NCBI GenBank assembly: GCA_024137785.1
Contig: JAHRHZ010000271.1
Location: 23,113,915-23,177,914 of the forward strand
DNA length: 64,000 nucleotides
Source: Ginglymostoma cirratum
Lineage: Eukaryota
Direction of reading: 5' to 3'
The notes beneath the pieces were generated by a model, which had not been told where the DNA came from, ran no database searches, and saw only the letters and a list, made by a program, of their open reading frames with translations. Position numbers and translations under genes: made by a program. Below are positions 1 through 14,720 of this stretch, in pieces. Position 1 is the first letter of the stretch. Every line of letters begins with the position of its first letter.

Positions 1-776
1 GCCACCACAATCTGCTGAGATCTTTATAAAAATTATTTTACACCTGCTAATTTGTTCGTATTAATTGTAAATTTACTTCATTAAAAGATTACTAAAAAAA
101 CTACAGATTTTAGACCTGTAATGTAGAACATTATTGTTCAGATAACTTTCAGCATAATCATGTTGACAAAATGTTTATAGACGACACGAGCATGCCTTGG
201 CTGTGACCTTTATCTGTTGCTCATGTATTTGTAACACAAACGTATCAGAAGCCTTGCATTTTTATAATATCAAAATACACTGGGCAATCGAAGTGTTAAT
301 AAGGTGCTTTGTATTGTAACACATCTCATTGCAGAGAAGTATCTCATTTGACTCCTGTGTAGGACCATCCAGCCTCTCAATGACTGCTATTGTTCTTGTC
401 ACAAAGGGAACTGAAAGCTCATTGTATGGTAAATTGTGAATCAATCTGCCGTTGGAAAGCAAAAGAGGAAAAGGACATCTAAAGTGGGCAGTTTAGAAAT
501 TCTTTCAGGTATAATTGTTCAGTATACACTCTGAATATCTTGCGGTCAGAGTTGTGTCTATTTGCATACGCATTTAAACACCATTCTGGAACATGTTGAT
601 TACTTCTATCCTTCTTAATGTTCTTTTTCCTCTTTTCAGCCCTTGCTTGCTTTCCCGTCATCCAAATGAATCACCTTTTTATTTTGCCTCTGGAAATCTT
701 GACCTGTATCCCTATCCCCAGACCATGGCAAATTTTTAATCTTCCTACTCATTTTATCCTTCCATTGTGAAAAAAA

Positions 777-1176
777 NNNNNNNNNNNNNNNNNNNNNNNN
801 NNNNNNNNNNNNNNNNNNNNNNNNNNNNNNNNNNNNNNNNNNNNNNNNNNNNNNNNNNNNNNNNNNNNNNNNNNNNNNNNNNNNNNNNNNNNNNNNNNNN
901 NNNNNNNNNNNNNNNNNNNNNNNNNNNNNNNNNNNNNNNNNNNNNNNNNNNNNNNNNNNNNNNNNNNNNNNNNNNNNNNNNNNNNNNNNNNNNNNNNNNN
1001 NNNNNNNNNNNNNNNNNNNNNNNNNNNNNNNNNNNNNNNNNNNNNNNNNNNNNNNNNNNNNNNNNNNNNNNNNNNNNNNNNNNNNNNNNNNNNNNNNNNN
1101 NNNNNNNNNNNNNNNNNNNNNNNNNNNNNNNNNNNNNNNNNNNNNNNNNNNNNNNNNNNNNNNNNNNNNNNNNNNN
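777..1176. other. Assembly gap (400 N)
   Basis: Run of N characters. Confidence 0.99.
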
Positions 1177-1254
1177 TAGGCCCGAAACGTCAAGTTTTCC
1201 TGCTCCTATGATGCTGCTTGACCTGCTGTGTTCATCCAGCCCCATGCTTGTTAA
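1177..1254 (+). mobile_element. Right arm of a Penelope-like hammerhead-bearing short element, cut by the gap
   Basis: TAGGCCCGAAACGTC...CCTGCTCCTATGATGCTGCTTGACCTGCTGTGTTCATCCAGC is near-identical to the arms at 39745-39825 and 48102-48190. Confidence 0.75.
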
Positions 1255-1933
1255 CCCAAAAAGTGGCCTCCTTTTCTCTCTCACTGACATTTGGACCACG
1301 ATGTGAAGTCTTGTCAATAACTTTGTCAGCCTGCTTCTTATCCTACTCTCATCACTCACCATTGTTGCCTTGAACATGGAAACAGAGATAGGCCACTCAG
1401 CCCTTGTGCATACTCTCCCATTCTAGGTCATGGCTGGTCATTTACCTCCATGGCTTTTTCTTGCACAATTCCCATTACCGTTGATCTCTGTCTTGTGTAG
1501 AAGTGTATTGACCTCAATTTGAACTTTACCAACAGACCAACAATCACTGCTTAGCTCTTCAGTTTCATTTAGAATAAATGATTATGCACAGTCTAGTACT
1601 TTGTCCTGTATATCCTTTTATTGTGGATGGCTTTGACTGAATCTTTAGTTCTTGCACTGTAACATCTTCCCACTTTTTGAGCAAAGCTTTTCCCTCGAAT
1701 TATATGCCATATTCTGTCTACCACTGTGAAAATGTGGGCCTTATCACCAACTCACAGCTTAGTTTTTCCTGTTAAACCTCAGAGAACCATTAACCTGCCA
1801 TTATTTATAAGCTCTTATTTTCAAGGGAATATGTTGCAAACCATACCTCTCCAACAATGAAAACTCATCTTTCAGTCATTTCTCTTCTATTATGAGCTCT
1901 GTATATGAAACTGAATTAAGTGCTGTAGCTACA

Positions 1934-2480
1934 AGAGCAGATCAGAGGCTAAAGTGGGAAACTCTCTTCCTGACTCCCCAAAACCTGTCCACCACCCCCA
2001 CTGTACAAGTCAGGAATGTGATGAAGTATTCTTCACTTGCCTGCATGAGTGCAGCTCCAACAACACTTGAAGCTTGAAACAACTGTCGTGATGGGCACCA
2101 TATTCACATTGACTGATGCAGAGTCGCAGCAGTGTGTACAATCTACAAGATGCACCACAAAAATTCTTCAACGTTCATTCAGCAGCATCTTTCAACCCCA
2201 TGACAACTATCATCTAGAAGGACAGGGGGCAGCAGATACATGGGAACACTACCAGCTGTATGTTCCTCTCTTGACCATCCTGACTTGGAAATATGTCACC
2301 GTTCTTTCACTGTCATGGGTCAAGGTCTTGGAACTTCCTCTGTAATGGCATTGTGGGTCAACCTACACCAAATGGACTAGAGAAGTTCAAGAAGACAGCT
2401 CACAATCGCTTTTCTCAAAGGCAACTAAGAATGGGAAATTAATGTTTGCGCAGCCAGTGACGGCCACATCCCCAAATAAT
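1934..2480 (+). mobile_element. 3' end of a CR1/L2-clade LINE (family 1)
   Basis: Homologous to the minus-strand copies at 19925, 23960, 36228 and 39890. Ends in GGCAACTAAGAATGGG...CAGCCAGTGACGGCCACATCCC. Confidence 0.7.
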
Positions 2481-5367
2481 TTTTTTTAAAAAATTGAGTT
2501 GCCAGTTCAAAGATGAATACAATGAAACACCTGCTTAATGTATTATTACCATTTCTTCCTCCTCGTTTCTGTTTTTGCTACTTTGTTTTTCTGCTTAGAG
2601 TGTAATATCTTGAGCTAGAACTCTCCTGTCATCTTTTGGATGATGCTTGCATTGTTTCTGTTGTCCCAAGCCCCACCCTAAATTTTTCATCAAGGTTTCC
2701 ATTTACCTTTTCCCCTTTCTGTCTCTGTGCTACATAGTCATTTTTACTCCATGTCAAACTTCATATTCACTCGCCATGTTGTCTCCAGCCTGCATAACTT
2801 GCTACAATGTCCAGAGTAGTCTCCTCCAAGGGGATCCAAGATCTTTGAATTTTTCTTCAGCTTGGACCTGTTCCCTTGAAGTGTCCGCCACCTTGTGGTT
2901 GATTCAGAATAATTGGTGTTAAAGGAATGCATGCTTAGTGAAGGATGTGCTATCAATAGGTAACCACGTGACTGTTTATAATGCTTTAATATGCATAATT
3001 TTCTAAGACTAAACATGATTTCAAATAACTGAAAACTTTACAGTATCATTTTTAAATATTAAATTTAATTTTTAAATTACGTTTTAAATTTAAACCTTAA
3101 AACTAATCTAAAGATCCTATTGAAAGGTGCCTATTTGACACTCCATGTTCATTAATTTAATCTGGAAACCTGTCAGGTTTGTGGGTGGGTCAGTTTCCAG
3201 CGCAATCATCTTTAATCAATTTGTGTAGCACCTAACCTTTGTTACTAATTCTTCAGTCTTCTGCGTGGCTTTGGCCAATTTTTGGGTGCTCTGCAAGTAA
3301 AGCCGCTGTCAGTAACACTATTCCCATGTCTGCAAGTTGATTCTTTGTCCTTCAGGCTCTCAATGTTATTTCATTCTCCTTACCTCCATACGATCATAAC
3401 AATGTTTCAAAATCTTTCTTCCCCATGTGAAAAGTTCCAACTCTATTTTAAAGAAGTGTCTGGATACTTCTCCTGGGCTTGGTGCTCATGTAATTTCCAG
3501 TCTCTTGTGGAAGTTACTAACTGCAGTGTGTATTCAGATGATAGTGCATAAACTGGACTTGGGGCATGTAATAAATGTAGCTTTCAATTATTTCAGCAGA
3601 AATCATCCTCTCTTCACACAATAGAGATTCCAACTACTTTTGTGATATTTATTGTTTAGAATTTAATTTCCAGACACGCATCTGGATAGATATCAAAGAA
3701 AAAAAAAATAACCATTTTGGTGATGCAATAATATTCACTTCGGTGCTAGCTTTGGTACAGCTGATGGAGTAGTGAGGCTTTCTGATTACCAGAGCACTCC
3801 ACCCAATAAACCCAGAACATTATAGAGAATTATTTTGTTACCCAGAAACCAATCAGCTTGCTTGTTTCCTCATAAGGGGTGGTGGGTTGCTTGTAGACAA
3901 ACACTTTTAGTGTGCAAACAAATGGTTCGCATTGGGAACGGATGGGTCAGTTCGAATCCATCAAAGACCCGTCCACCATCCATGGCCCCACCCCAGTCCC
4001 TTTCTCCTTTCTCCTGGAATCCAGTATCTATCCTAAGTTATGCCTTCAAGCGTCAGCAACAGCAGCTAGTGCTGTAGGTGATGCTGTCAGCAGTAGACAG
4101 CTGCCAGCCTTTGTTTGGCTGGATGCTCTCTGAGGCTGCTTCCTGGCCTTCTCCACCTTAATTATGCAGGAAGCCCCATGCTAGCTAGTGCCTGATAAAC
4201 ACTTAGGGGGACCTAAAATATTGGAACGAAATCCAGCCCTGGTAGCACAGCATTCTTTCTTGACCATTCTGCTAATTAAGTGTTCAGCTGAGAGAAGAAT
4301 ATTGCACTTTTCTAAGGTTTTTTTAATAAGTTATGAAACCATACAATGCACAATGTGCATTCTTAGTTTATTACAGCAAGAGGGCATTTAATTGGTTTAT
4401 TAATACCCTTAATTTACTGCGACAGTCAATAAAAAACAGGTACACATATAATAGGTGTACCTTATTATAATTACAGGGATTCATTCTCTGTTTATCAAAA
4501 GCTCACACGGAAGAATTTTTTTTTATTGCTGTATTACACTTTGTGATCTGATTCAAAGTATTACATCTGTGTACTCAGGAGAAATAAATAACATTTTTTA
4601 ATTCCGTGAATGAAGTACAATGCACCATTGTCCATACACACAAGTTGCCAATAGCAATGTTGACCATGCTTTATCTAATACCAGAAGTTGACTATGGTCT
4701 GCTTTCTCTTTGTTGTGAAATGCAAAATTTGTTTTGTTTCTCTCTTTCTCTTCTCTCCACTACCCCTGCTGTGAGCCTATTCTTTTTAATCATGTAGTGG
4801 ATGCTGAAGCATAATGGTAGTGATTCTAATTTTAGACCCATTTTGAAAAGTACTTTTCTCCCTGAAGTTGCCACTCATTCTGTAGTGACAAAATTAAAAT
4901 TGATCACATACAAACTGGAAATATATTAAAATGTTGATTCCCTTTCTTTTAAAAAAAAATTGGCATGAATGGTTGTGGCCAGATTTTCATTTGGTTAAAA
5001 CAGCAGTGATAATTAATTCATGTCTGAGTTTGAGAACAGCTTTGTGAGAAAGGCTTTGATTCCAGCACAGTGTTTTTAAAACTAGCACAAAAGATGGTAT
5101 GAGCTCAAATTGTGTTGTATGCAATTAGCACTTACAATTTCACAACATACTGTATCTATTATGGAGCGTTTGGTGAATTGCCTGATGTGGAAGCTTTGTT
5201 AACATGACATGGACTAAAGTGAAAGTCTACATGGGCCCAAGGGAGCATTTTCTGTCCCCCTCAATACAAGGAGATTGCTGGTGGTGAATTTAACCTGAGG
5301 GTCCTTCTCAAATAGGGCTCTCATGAATTAGAGACCAACTGGCCTGTACCTTTTTATGACCGCTGGA

Positions 5368-5402
5368 TGTGTGTGTGTGCGCACACATGTTTGAGAGAGA
5401 GA
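5368..5402. repeat. Short (TG)n/(GA)n microsatellite
   Basis: TGTGTGTGTGTGCGCACACATGTTTGAGAGAGAGA. Confidence 0.7.
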
Positions 5403-8400
5403 CGTTCAGTAACGTGAATAAGCATAGAACTCAGACTGTGTACAAGTACATTTTATACTGGCATGTTATATGCCACAATGAAATTTGGGTGAATGAGGTT
5501 AGTTATCTCAAGCATTCTGACTGAATTTGTTTCTAGAAGTTTTAAAAGTGAACATTTCTGAGGAAATTCTTCATGTGTGATGAATATTCACCAAAACTGT
5601 GTCTATTTCTATGAAATACAATTTCCTAAAATATACAAGTTGGCCCTGCCACTGAGTGCTTGGATGTGTCTTGACATTCATCTGAGGACTGTTCATTTAA
5701 CGTAACAGTCTGTTAGTTTGCATGCTGACTTTGGCCGTGCATCTTTGCACGTGTCCAAGTAAAGTGATAGATAGCCCTTAGTGAAGAAGATCCCAGAATT
5801 AGCAGACACTGCTTGATCCCCTCCATTTTCTGGGGCTTCTGCTGCCATCATACCTCCTCACCCATCAGAGCTAGTGTGGAATCCCCACAATGCCTATGAG
5901 AAACTTTGGAGCCAGATTGGTTCAAAACAGGATGCTTGGGAATTACATTGATTACAGGCCTGAAAGTGTCCAGCCACTGTGATGTTACTGGGACTTGATC
6001 AGAGTAAAGAAAGAGCTTGTAGGAGTCAGACTTGAGGCTAGTTAACCTCTAGGTATTTTCCCTAGTAATGCAGGTCATATTCATGTAATCTGTAAATAAC
6101 TGCATTCATGCAATAAAATTCATGACTCAAAGACTTTTCTAGTTAGACCAGAAGGGTGGAAATCGCCCCCCCTACTGGATTACAGCAAGCTTGAAGGAAC
6201 CTACACGCAACACAGGATTGTAGCTATCAGTAGCTTTCACCTTAATCTTGATGAAGGTTATGAAGGAAACTGATAGATTCCCTGTTAGCCCTTCCAACAA
6301 CAGGCAAAATAAAGTAGGAATCCTTCTATTCTGCAGTGACCTGTGAATTAGGTTGTTAGTGACTTCAAGTGAATATACTGATAGATTTCAGATGAAATGT
6401 AATATAGTGAATCATGAGATGATGAATTGTGGAAAGAATAATGAGAAAGTGAGTAAATGTGAGTGTTGGGAAGAAATCCTATTTCTAAATGTATTCAAAG
6501 AAATAAACACAGTTGACGCAATAAACCAGGTGTTGGCAAGAGACAGTAGAATCACAGAATTCACTGAACAAATGTGTATTGATGTCTAGAGTAACGTTGG
6601 TAACCTTACTGATACAAATCTAAATACTACTTGGATAAAATATTGTTGCCAGCCCTCCCATGCCTCCAGTAGGTTTTCCAAGTAGCCAGTCTTTATTTTG
6701 TTAGGCGAGAGATCGATCAATAGCCATAACATGAATTTAAATCAATAAGCTTGTCTTTGAATTTGGGTAGGTCAACATAGAAGTATAATCTTGCATCATC
6801 TTAGTCTGAACGTATCAATAATATTGTTGTGGTCTAAGAATGTGGGGCTTCTATTAATTTTAATTTGGCAAACAATGGTCTTTAGTTTACTGGTTTAATC
6901 TTTAGTTCCCAGTTCCTGTAACACAGATTTTGTATAGTAGAGAGCACACTGAAATAAACAGTCAGATTTTTTTTGCAATTGGAGTTGAGAGATTTTTTTA
7001 AATGGATTCTCTGGATTATTGACTGTCTACTTGGTAGCAGTAAATGAGGAGTTTCGGTGGTGATGAAATGTTAGTCCGTCATTGAGCACGTGTGCTATGT
7101 ATGTTTGCCGATTGGAAAAGCGTCACAACTGCGTAATGAGTTTTCATCAAATCCAAGACAATCGTGCGAGCCCAGAGCACAGTCAGTTCACAGAATGATT
7201 GATTGATTGGCAAATGCATTATAAAGGTAAATGTGGCAGAACAGACTAATTGGCTTCCTTTATTTACTATATGCAGAAGAAAGCGGCTATAGATAATATA
7301 ACCATCTTTCTTCATTTCATAGTTTATAATCTAATTGTTTGTGCTTTAATTGAATTACTGTCTTGTGATTCACCAAGCAGTGTTGCTTCTCTTTATACAA
7401 TCTATACATCATGTAATAATGAATTGATGACTGGAGGAACATTTTTAACCATCTAAGCCATCATAATTTGCATGAGTTTCAATACAATGTTACACCTCAG
7501 TTGGCCACACTTTTAATTATAGCTTGCCCAGGCATTTGCATGTAATGGTGAAGTCACTGATTTTTATATTCCCATTTAGGGAGTTATAGTGCATTAGTAA
7601 CATCAGTTTTTTAGCTTAAACTTCTTTTCAGGTGGTGTTCCTTGTTGGGAGTCCAAGTATGAGTAACTCACTGAATAGCAATTAATGAAATCTGAAAGAA
7701 AATCATAAAAAGCTAATGCTAACAAGCCTACTTAGTTGTTGTTTTCATTCTTTTGCCCTTCAGGGCTTTCACAGTGATTAAACTGTAGATTTTCATCACA
7801 ATATCTATAATTAGATAGCTATGTTAAATCTGATTAAACCAGTCACCAATATTGAAATGCCAACAGTGTTTTTAACACACAGTTGTTGGTTTTTCTCTAA
7901 ATGTCATCATTGAAGTGTGAAATGGGAGAATATTTGTAACTAGAAGGTCAGAGATTAGGTTTTTCCTATTGACAATATAGCTTATTTTAGTTCTCAGTTC
8001 TCATATCAAGTGTTGAGTTCAGATTAGATACTCACTGTGGGATACCAAAGAGTCTAGTTAAAACAGCCAAGTAGAGGAACCATCAGATTAGCACTGATAA
8101 CAGTAAACTAATGTTATAACTGTCAATTGAAAAATGCATAGTCTATTCAGGAAAACATGCGAGAAAAGAAATGGCAGAGACAAATGTAAATAAATGTTCA
8201 CTTCCCCTTTTTATTATAGTAGGACCCTTAAACCCTGTAAAACTTAACAGTTGAATATTCTATTCAAATTGATTAATGCTTACAACCTGGTTATCTGATT
8301 CTATTTTGTAATGTGCAAGTTAAATTTAATATTCTGAGATGACATTTAGCATCTAACCAAGTTAGGGGCAGCACAGCTAGAGATAAGTTTAAGTATCATT

Positions 8401-9714
8401 GATTGTTCAACACCTCATAGATTTTTGCATTTTTATTCTTTGACTGAGGTATTGTAGTGCTCTCTCTGAGAAATACATCAGTTCAAAGCCAAATTGTTGT
8501 GGTGTGGAACCAGTCCACTATTGTGTTTTCTATCATTTATCAGGATAAGATGACCTTTTTCCATGACAGTTAGAGGGATAATCATTGTTGGTCTAAATTG
8601 GACTTGTGTTATTGTGAATGCAGTAAACTGCATTTAGTGGCACAGTGGAAAGTGGAAGAGAAATCAAAATCTTTTGTCAGAACAATTGATTTACACCTAT
8701 GTAAATTCAATTCAGTTCAGTATCATGAATCTGTATTCTCCGCCTTGATTTATACTGGTCAGTCTCACTGTAAACAAAATATAATTCTGTCAAGTGGAAT
8801 TTGTTCATTGCCATTCACTCAGTTTGAACATCGACATTAACAGACTACTTAAATAGTGTGTTGATTGTATTTGAAAGCAGGAACATCCTAGTTTTAGTGC
8901 TGAAGCTTCCACTTCTTCAGAATGGACATTAAATCAAGCTTGGAACTGCTACCCGCTTAGATGGCATAAGATTCCATGTGTTCTGAATTTAAAGGCAATT
9001 AGGAGAATTAGTGCTTGGAAACTATTTCGATTTATGAAAATTATTTTAGCCACCCACAATGTTTCCACTTATTCCTGAGTTGTTAATTTCCTTAATTCAT
9101 GAAGCAGACTGCTGCAATTGTTTTACACCTGTACTGTGCCAATGATTATTACACATGCTCTATTGTGCAACTGACCATAAAATTAGGTGTTAATCTAGTA
9201 ACACTTCCAGCACAGAAGCGTGGATCGCTGATGCTTTTCCTCTCCTGAGAGGAAATAAATTAACGTAAAGTTTAAACATTGATCATCGTCCTTTCAGATC
9301 CTAGATGCTAATACCTACCTGATGATCCCCTTTTATCGTTGAATAGTGTCTGAAAAAGATGCACGCTGTGTGTGGACACTAGATTTCAGCCACATTGATG
9401 GCCTAATTCTGTAAAACATGGGGGATCTATGACTATGAAACTAGTAAATACTAAAACATCTGGCTCCAGGTGGTGAAAAATTATAACCCCGTGCTATATT
9501 TCACAAGCTAATCGGCGAACTCACATTTTGGAGTCAGAAGCACATGGTCATAACTGAAAAATAAATCCTCCTGCTATAGGCTGAGGCAAGGACTGGAAAA
9601 TTCTTCTTCCCATGTTCAGATGTGTTTGGTGCTACAAGTGCAAACATACCTCTGTAGCAGGCTGTACAGCCAAGGATATGTCAAGGATGTTAACATGTAC
9701 CAGGAACAGCCACT

Positions 9715-10005
9715 GGGTAGGTTGTGGTGCAGTAGTACTAGTAATCGAAAATGCCAGACCAGTGTTGTCGAGATGTGGGTTCAAATCCCACCACGGTAGG
9801 TATTGAAATTTAAGTTAAATAAAATTCCAGATGTAAAGGCAACCTAAGGTGAGAGCCCGTGCAGTTCTTCAATACCCTCTGGGAAGGAAATCTTCCATCT
9901 TCACCTGATCAGGCCTGCATGTGACTCCAAACCCATAGCGATGTGATTGACACTTAGCTGCCCCTGGACAGTAAATCATCTCATGAATAAATAAAGGGGA
10001 AAAAA
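9715..10005 (+). mobile_element. Older copy of the 43218 SINE
   Basis: B box GGTTCAAATCCC at ~9778 and shared body GGGAAGGAAA..CCAT..ACCTG..GGCCT.CATGTGACT. Confidence 0.7.
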
Positions 10006-13000
10006 AGACAGAGTAGGTCGTATAGTGCTGATTTAAGGGCAGTGATGCCATTTTGGAGCTCAGTGTTCTTACTCCTGATTACACATAGTTGAATATATCT
10101 TCAGTGGCAGGACATTGCCCCCACCTATGCCAAGGTGGTGATGTTCCATAATGCGCACTCATTCTTGTTTCTGTTCCTTTCCATAAATATTTCCAGCACC
10201 TACTCCAACCATAATATAACCGCCCACTCTCCATCCCTTTTTAGGAAGTGCAGGCTAAATGAAAGTGATGCTAACATCACACAACTTGGAACCTCTGCTT
10301 CTGTGTGCAGCTGCTTACCAGAACATTAAGTACGAGTTGCAGGCAGCAATCATGCAAATTATTACAAAGTCAGTGTGCCTCCATTAGATGTATTGGCAGT
10401 TTTATTATTCCATCTTGACCCGGTGCCCATGTTTTCAGAGCAATAGCATTCTATCTTTGAAACCTTTTGGATCTTGTTTTGCAAATCATGAGATCCCTTC
10501 CATTACATTACATTCCTTCAAATGGGTTTATCACCCGATTCATGTCTTCAGCCAGATTATGTTGTTGTAAATAGTTCTCTAATACTCTAATGTAGAACTA
10601 ATGCGCAATTCTCTGTCCACAGTTCAAATTTGAAATTATTTTAATCTTACTTCATTTAAAGTTTTTGGCCAGTTAACATTAGTGAGGTTTTTCTTCCTTC
10701 CAAATGTGTCCATACCTGTTGACAGTGACTCTTGTTGTTCTATGATCTGTCTAAGCTAACAACCCACACTGGTATCTTATCCAAGTGGTATTTTTATAGA
10801 TGAACCAATACAGTGAATGCTTCAGTCTTATTTTGTAATGAGAGTTACTAAATCCATACCTAATCATGCATTAACTTGACACCGAAATATATATTTACAG
10901 TAGACTTCTAGGAATCAACCAAAAGAATGGGCTTCATCCACTTTCCCCTCCATTCGCTCACAGTTGTTGAGCAGTTGTCCTGGAAGTAATCACAAGTCAG
11001 TCTGGAGTAGGAAACAAATTTGTAGCATTATGACCCGTATCTGATAGTGGCATAACTCACCAATATGCCTTCAGAATCAACCTACTAGAGCTACAACTAT
11101 ACATTTTTTTTTACTTAGATGGGGTTATTCTTAGTGCGTTGAGTTGACACAGTGCTGATAGTTTTTTCCTAATTATAAAGAGTTCAAATTATATAAATTT
11201 TCTTGATATGTTACTTCAAGTTTGTAATTATAAGCTGTGCAGACAGATTTGAGTGGAGCAAGTAGAGATCCTTCCATAGGTAACAAAGCTATGGATTGTG
11301 TCCTGAAACTTTTACCAGCCTGGAGTTTGATAATTACAGCCACCAAACTGGGCAATGTTATCACAATATCCTCCAAGTTCCTAAAACAGCTTGGCTCAAG
11401 GGACCACATCCCAATTCTTTCCAACCGTCACGTGAGGGAGAAATGCCAAAATTATATGGCATGTCTAATGCCATTGGTCTCCCATAACCTGGTTAATATC
11501 CTGACCTACCCCAACTCCATCTCTAAAGTTTATCTATGTCAACAACATTTGATACAGTGTACAGGCACGCACTTTCCCCGAGCTGGACAGTGCACTAAAC
11601 ATCAATGTTGCAAATCTGATCAGGGCACTGTGCCTAAAAGCAAGCACCGGTAAAACTGCCTCTAATACATTTCACTTTCTCAGTTGAATATTTGCTGGAC
11701 GGCCAGATACTGAAGAAAATATCCCCACCTTGTTTATCTATATATATACATGACCTTTATCAGAATATTTGTGTATAGACAGCAATTCATTGAGGCTGCA
11801 GGGGAAAAAAACTTAATACAGCTCCTAAGTAATCAGTACTGCATGGGAATCAGAGCCCAAGACCCAGAGGACCTCTGCTCTTTCCATTACTTGCCTAACA
11901 AAGGCATTCTGTGCCCCAGTCTACCCATGCCAAACATATTGATATACAACTGAACTCAGTGTGCATCAACACAGGTACCCTGAGACCAACTCAACCCCCC
12001 TCTCTGACTCCCAGTTCTAAGCAACATTTCCAACAGGGAAGCTACTACCTAAGGTCTTCTCCAACCCCATTCAGTAATCCTCTCCACCCGCTAACAACTG
12101 CATATGTTTAAACCTGCCAAGAAGTTCCAGCTCAGGACCTGATTGGCTGGAGAAAACATTGGCCCACAATCAATTTCTCATCATGATACCCTTTTTAAAA
12201 TGTGTTTTAATACTGGCCAAGGCTTCTGTGCAGCCACCCAAGACAACCCAGGCTGCAGTCGTGGTACAATCCAAACAATAACTCACTGTCAGAGTATCCA
12301 CTGTCTAAACTTTAGGTTAAGCTTAAAGAACACCATCTAGCCTTTGACAAGATGATCGCTTTGTTCTGTGGCTATGCATATGCTAAATTAATAAATATTA
12401 TAATTATAACATTCTAATCCAGATTGATTAATGGGGATGTGAGAGTTCTGTCTTATTGCCTAAAAGAACCAAATTTAGCAATGCTATTCATTTAGTTTGT
12501 TCATATGGTTAGTTACATGTAGAGTTCAAGGATTCCTTGAAGCAGAATTTTTCAGTGTCTTATAACTTGAGCCAAATATGATCTCAACATAAGTGAGTGC
12601 ACTGCATCTGTTAATGTGTTCATATACACTTTTGAGTCTTTGATTAATTTGGCTATTCAGATTAAAACTGCTTCAGATGTAGAAGCATGAATATCCACTG
12701 TTCTGTTTATTGCATTGCAATGACCACACCAGGCAAGTTCAGAGTGTACTCCAGTGAGCTGTGAATATATCTTGTTTACTTGGCCTGAATTTTTAGTTAT
12801 TTTAGTTCAATTTAAACGTAGCAAAATTTTAGTTTTAAACAAGATCAAAGGTTAGCTTATTATCCAACTATTGCTGAAGGTTAATATTTACATAATAACT
12901 ATCACATTTGTTAAAATACACACAAATAAAAATTAGATTTGGATAGCCGATACACAAAAAGTTGAAAGTTAGACCAGTCTATCATCATTGCAAGCATGTT

Positions 13001-13479
13001 ACTTGTAGATTGCCTTTCTAAATGTGAAGTTTGAATTCAGCAGCTGTGATGGCATATTTGGAGGTTGCTTGTTTGGGTACACTCAATAGGTTCCTTTTTC
13101 CTCACTAGTTGTATAGCTACAACACTTTCAGGTCGCCTATACACTTAACAAAACTGCAGCTAATTTCTGAAAACCCTTTTTTCTTATGAGTTGAAAACTT
13201 TCTGTCCTAATTGTTGTGTCTCAAAGGCTTCTTGGGAGTTCTGTTCTAAAATATTGTGACACAGAAATATCTGGATGAGTACTTAAAATGTCAGGACATA
13301 GGTTGTGGGCCAAGTGCATGTAAATGGGATTAGTGTAGTTTGGTGTTAGTTGGTCAGCATTGACATGGTGGGCCGAAGGGCCTGTTTCTATACTGCATGA
13401 CTTTTAAGATCGACTTCCCTGACACCTCTCTTACTCCTTCTTTATCTTTAAATTGGCAGACTACATTTCCAGTATCGGT

Positions 13480-14140
13480 ACTTGGAGCAGAAATTTCTTC
13501 CAATTAAGTATTGGAAAGATCAAATATATTGTCTTCACTCGTTATAACAAGCTCCATTTCCTCTTCCTCACAAATGTCTTAGGCTGACCTGCTGCAGCTC
13601 AGTTCCATGATTGACTCTGCAATGAGATTTCAACACAAAATCATGCAGTCACAAAGGCTGCTAATTTCAATCTCCTTGTGCCCTTGGTACTTCCATCTCT
13701 GATGACTTCAATGCCCTACTGGCTGACTTTCACCATATCTTACCTTCTGTAAACTTGAGGTTATCCAGAACTCTGCTTGTGTCCTACCTTGGAGTTGTAA
13801 TTGCTCATTCATGACTCATGTACTCTTTGACACACACGGCCTTCCTGTTAAACAGGGCTCAATTTTAAAATTCTCATCCTTGATTCAAAATCCCACTATT
13901 ACTGGCCGCTTTCTAACTGTACATCCTCCCACAGCTCTACACTGTCTGAGATATCTGTGCCTTTCTAGTTATGGCATCTGAACACCTTTGATTTTAGTTG
14001 CTCAGCCATTGGTCTTCAGCTGTTTCGACCCTAAGCCCTGGAATCCAACCTTAAATCCCTTGACTTACCTTTCCTCCTTTTGAGAGTTTCTTTAAAATCT
14101 ACATTATGTAACCTTGCTGTTGGTCATCTGCTCTAATCTC
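13480..14140 (+). mobile_element. L2-type LINE 3' fragment
   Basis: KLEVIQNSA at ~13751 and FKILIL at ~13864 resemble the L2 ORF2 C-terminal motifs LQ.IQN.AAR and FKILLL. Confidence 0.55.
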
Positions 14141-14149
14141 ATTATATGC

Positions 14150-14720
14150 CTCTATGATGTGCATCTTTGTACAATGTTTCAATTCACTACCGGAGAATAC
14201 TGATGTATTATTTTTAGGTACAAAATGGGTTATGTCATGCTTGTTAAAATCCATTTGCCACAATTTTGCTTAATCCATTAATATCTTGGGCTTCCATTTA
14301 CATCACTTTTCATGCGTTTGTCTGTGTTATTGATAAACTTGGAAGTGAGGCTTTCTGGCCTATCATCTAAGTCATTAGGAAGTACAGTGAATAATTCAGT
14401 CTCCAATAAAAGACACCATGAGTCATATTTTGCTAATTAGACTGCATGTCTGTTATCCCTGTCTTCTGTCACTTAGCCAATTCTTCACCAAATCAATAAT
14501 TTACCTTAAATGTTGCATGCTTTGATCTTAGCAAGCAAGTTCTTGAAAGGCTTGATGAAATGCCTTTGAAGACCCATAAAAATGCCATCTCTTGGCATTT
14601 CTCCATCTATTATTTTACTAATTTTTACGAATATTCAGTTATATTTGTTAGGCATGACGGTTTACAAATTCATGCTGTCTTTCTCTGATCAGCAGACAGT
14701 TTAAAGTGTTCAGGTACACT
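14150..14720 (-). mobile_element. Highly decayed CR1-type RT fragment (another at ~26700-26990)
   Basis: The minus strand shows a decayed YMDF.KAFD-like stretch near 14560-14580. ORF 26825-27154 contains GNVVYILYMD. Confidence 0.5.

Noticed and set aside
636-1377. Three long ORFs of 179-207 aa
   Set aside because: They are artefacts of translating through the 400-N gap.
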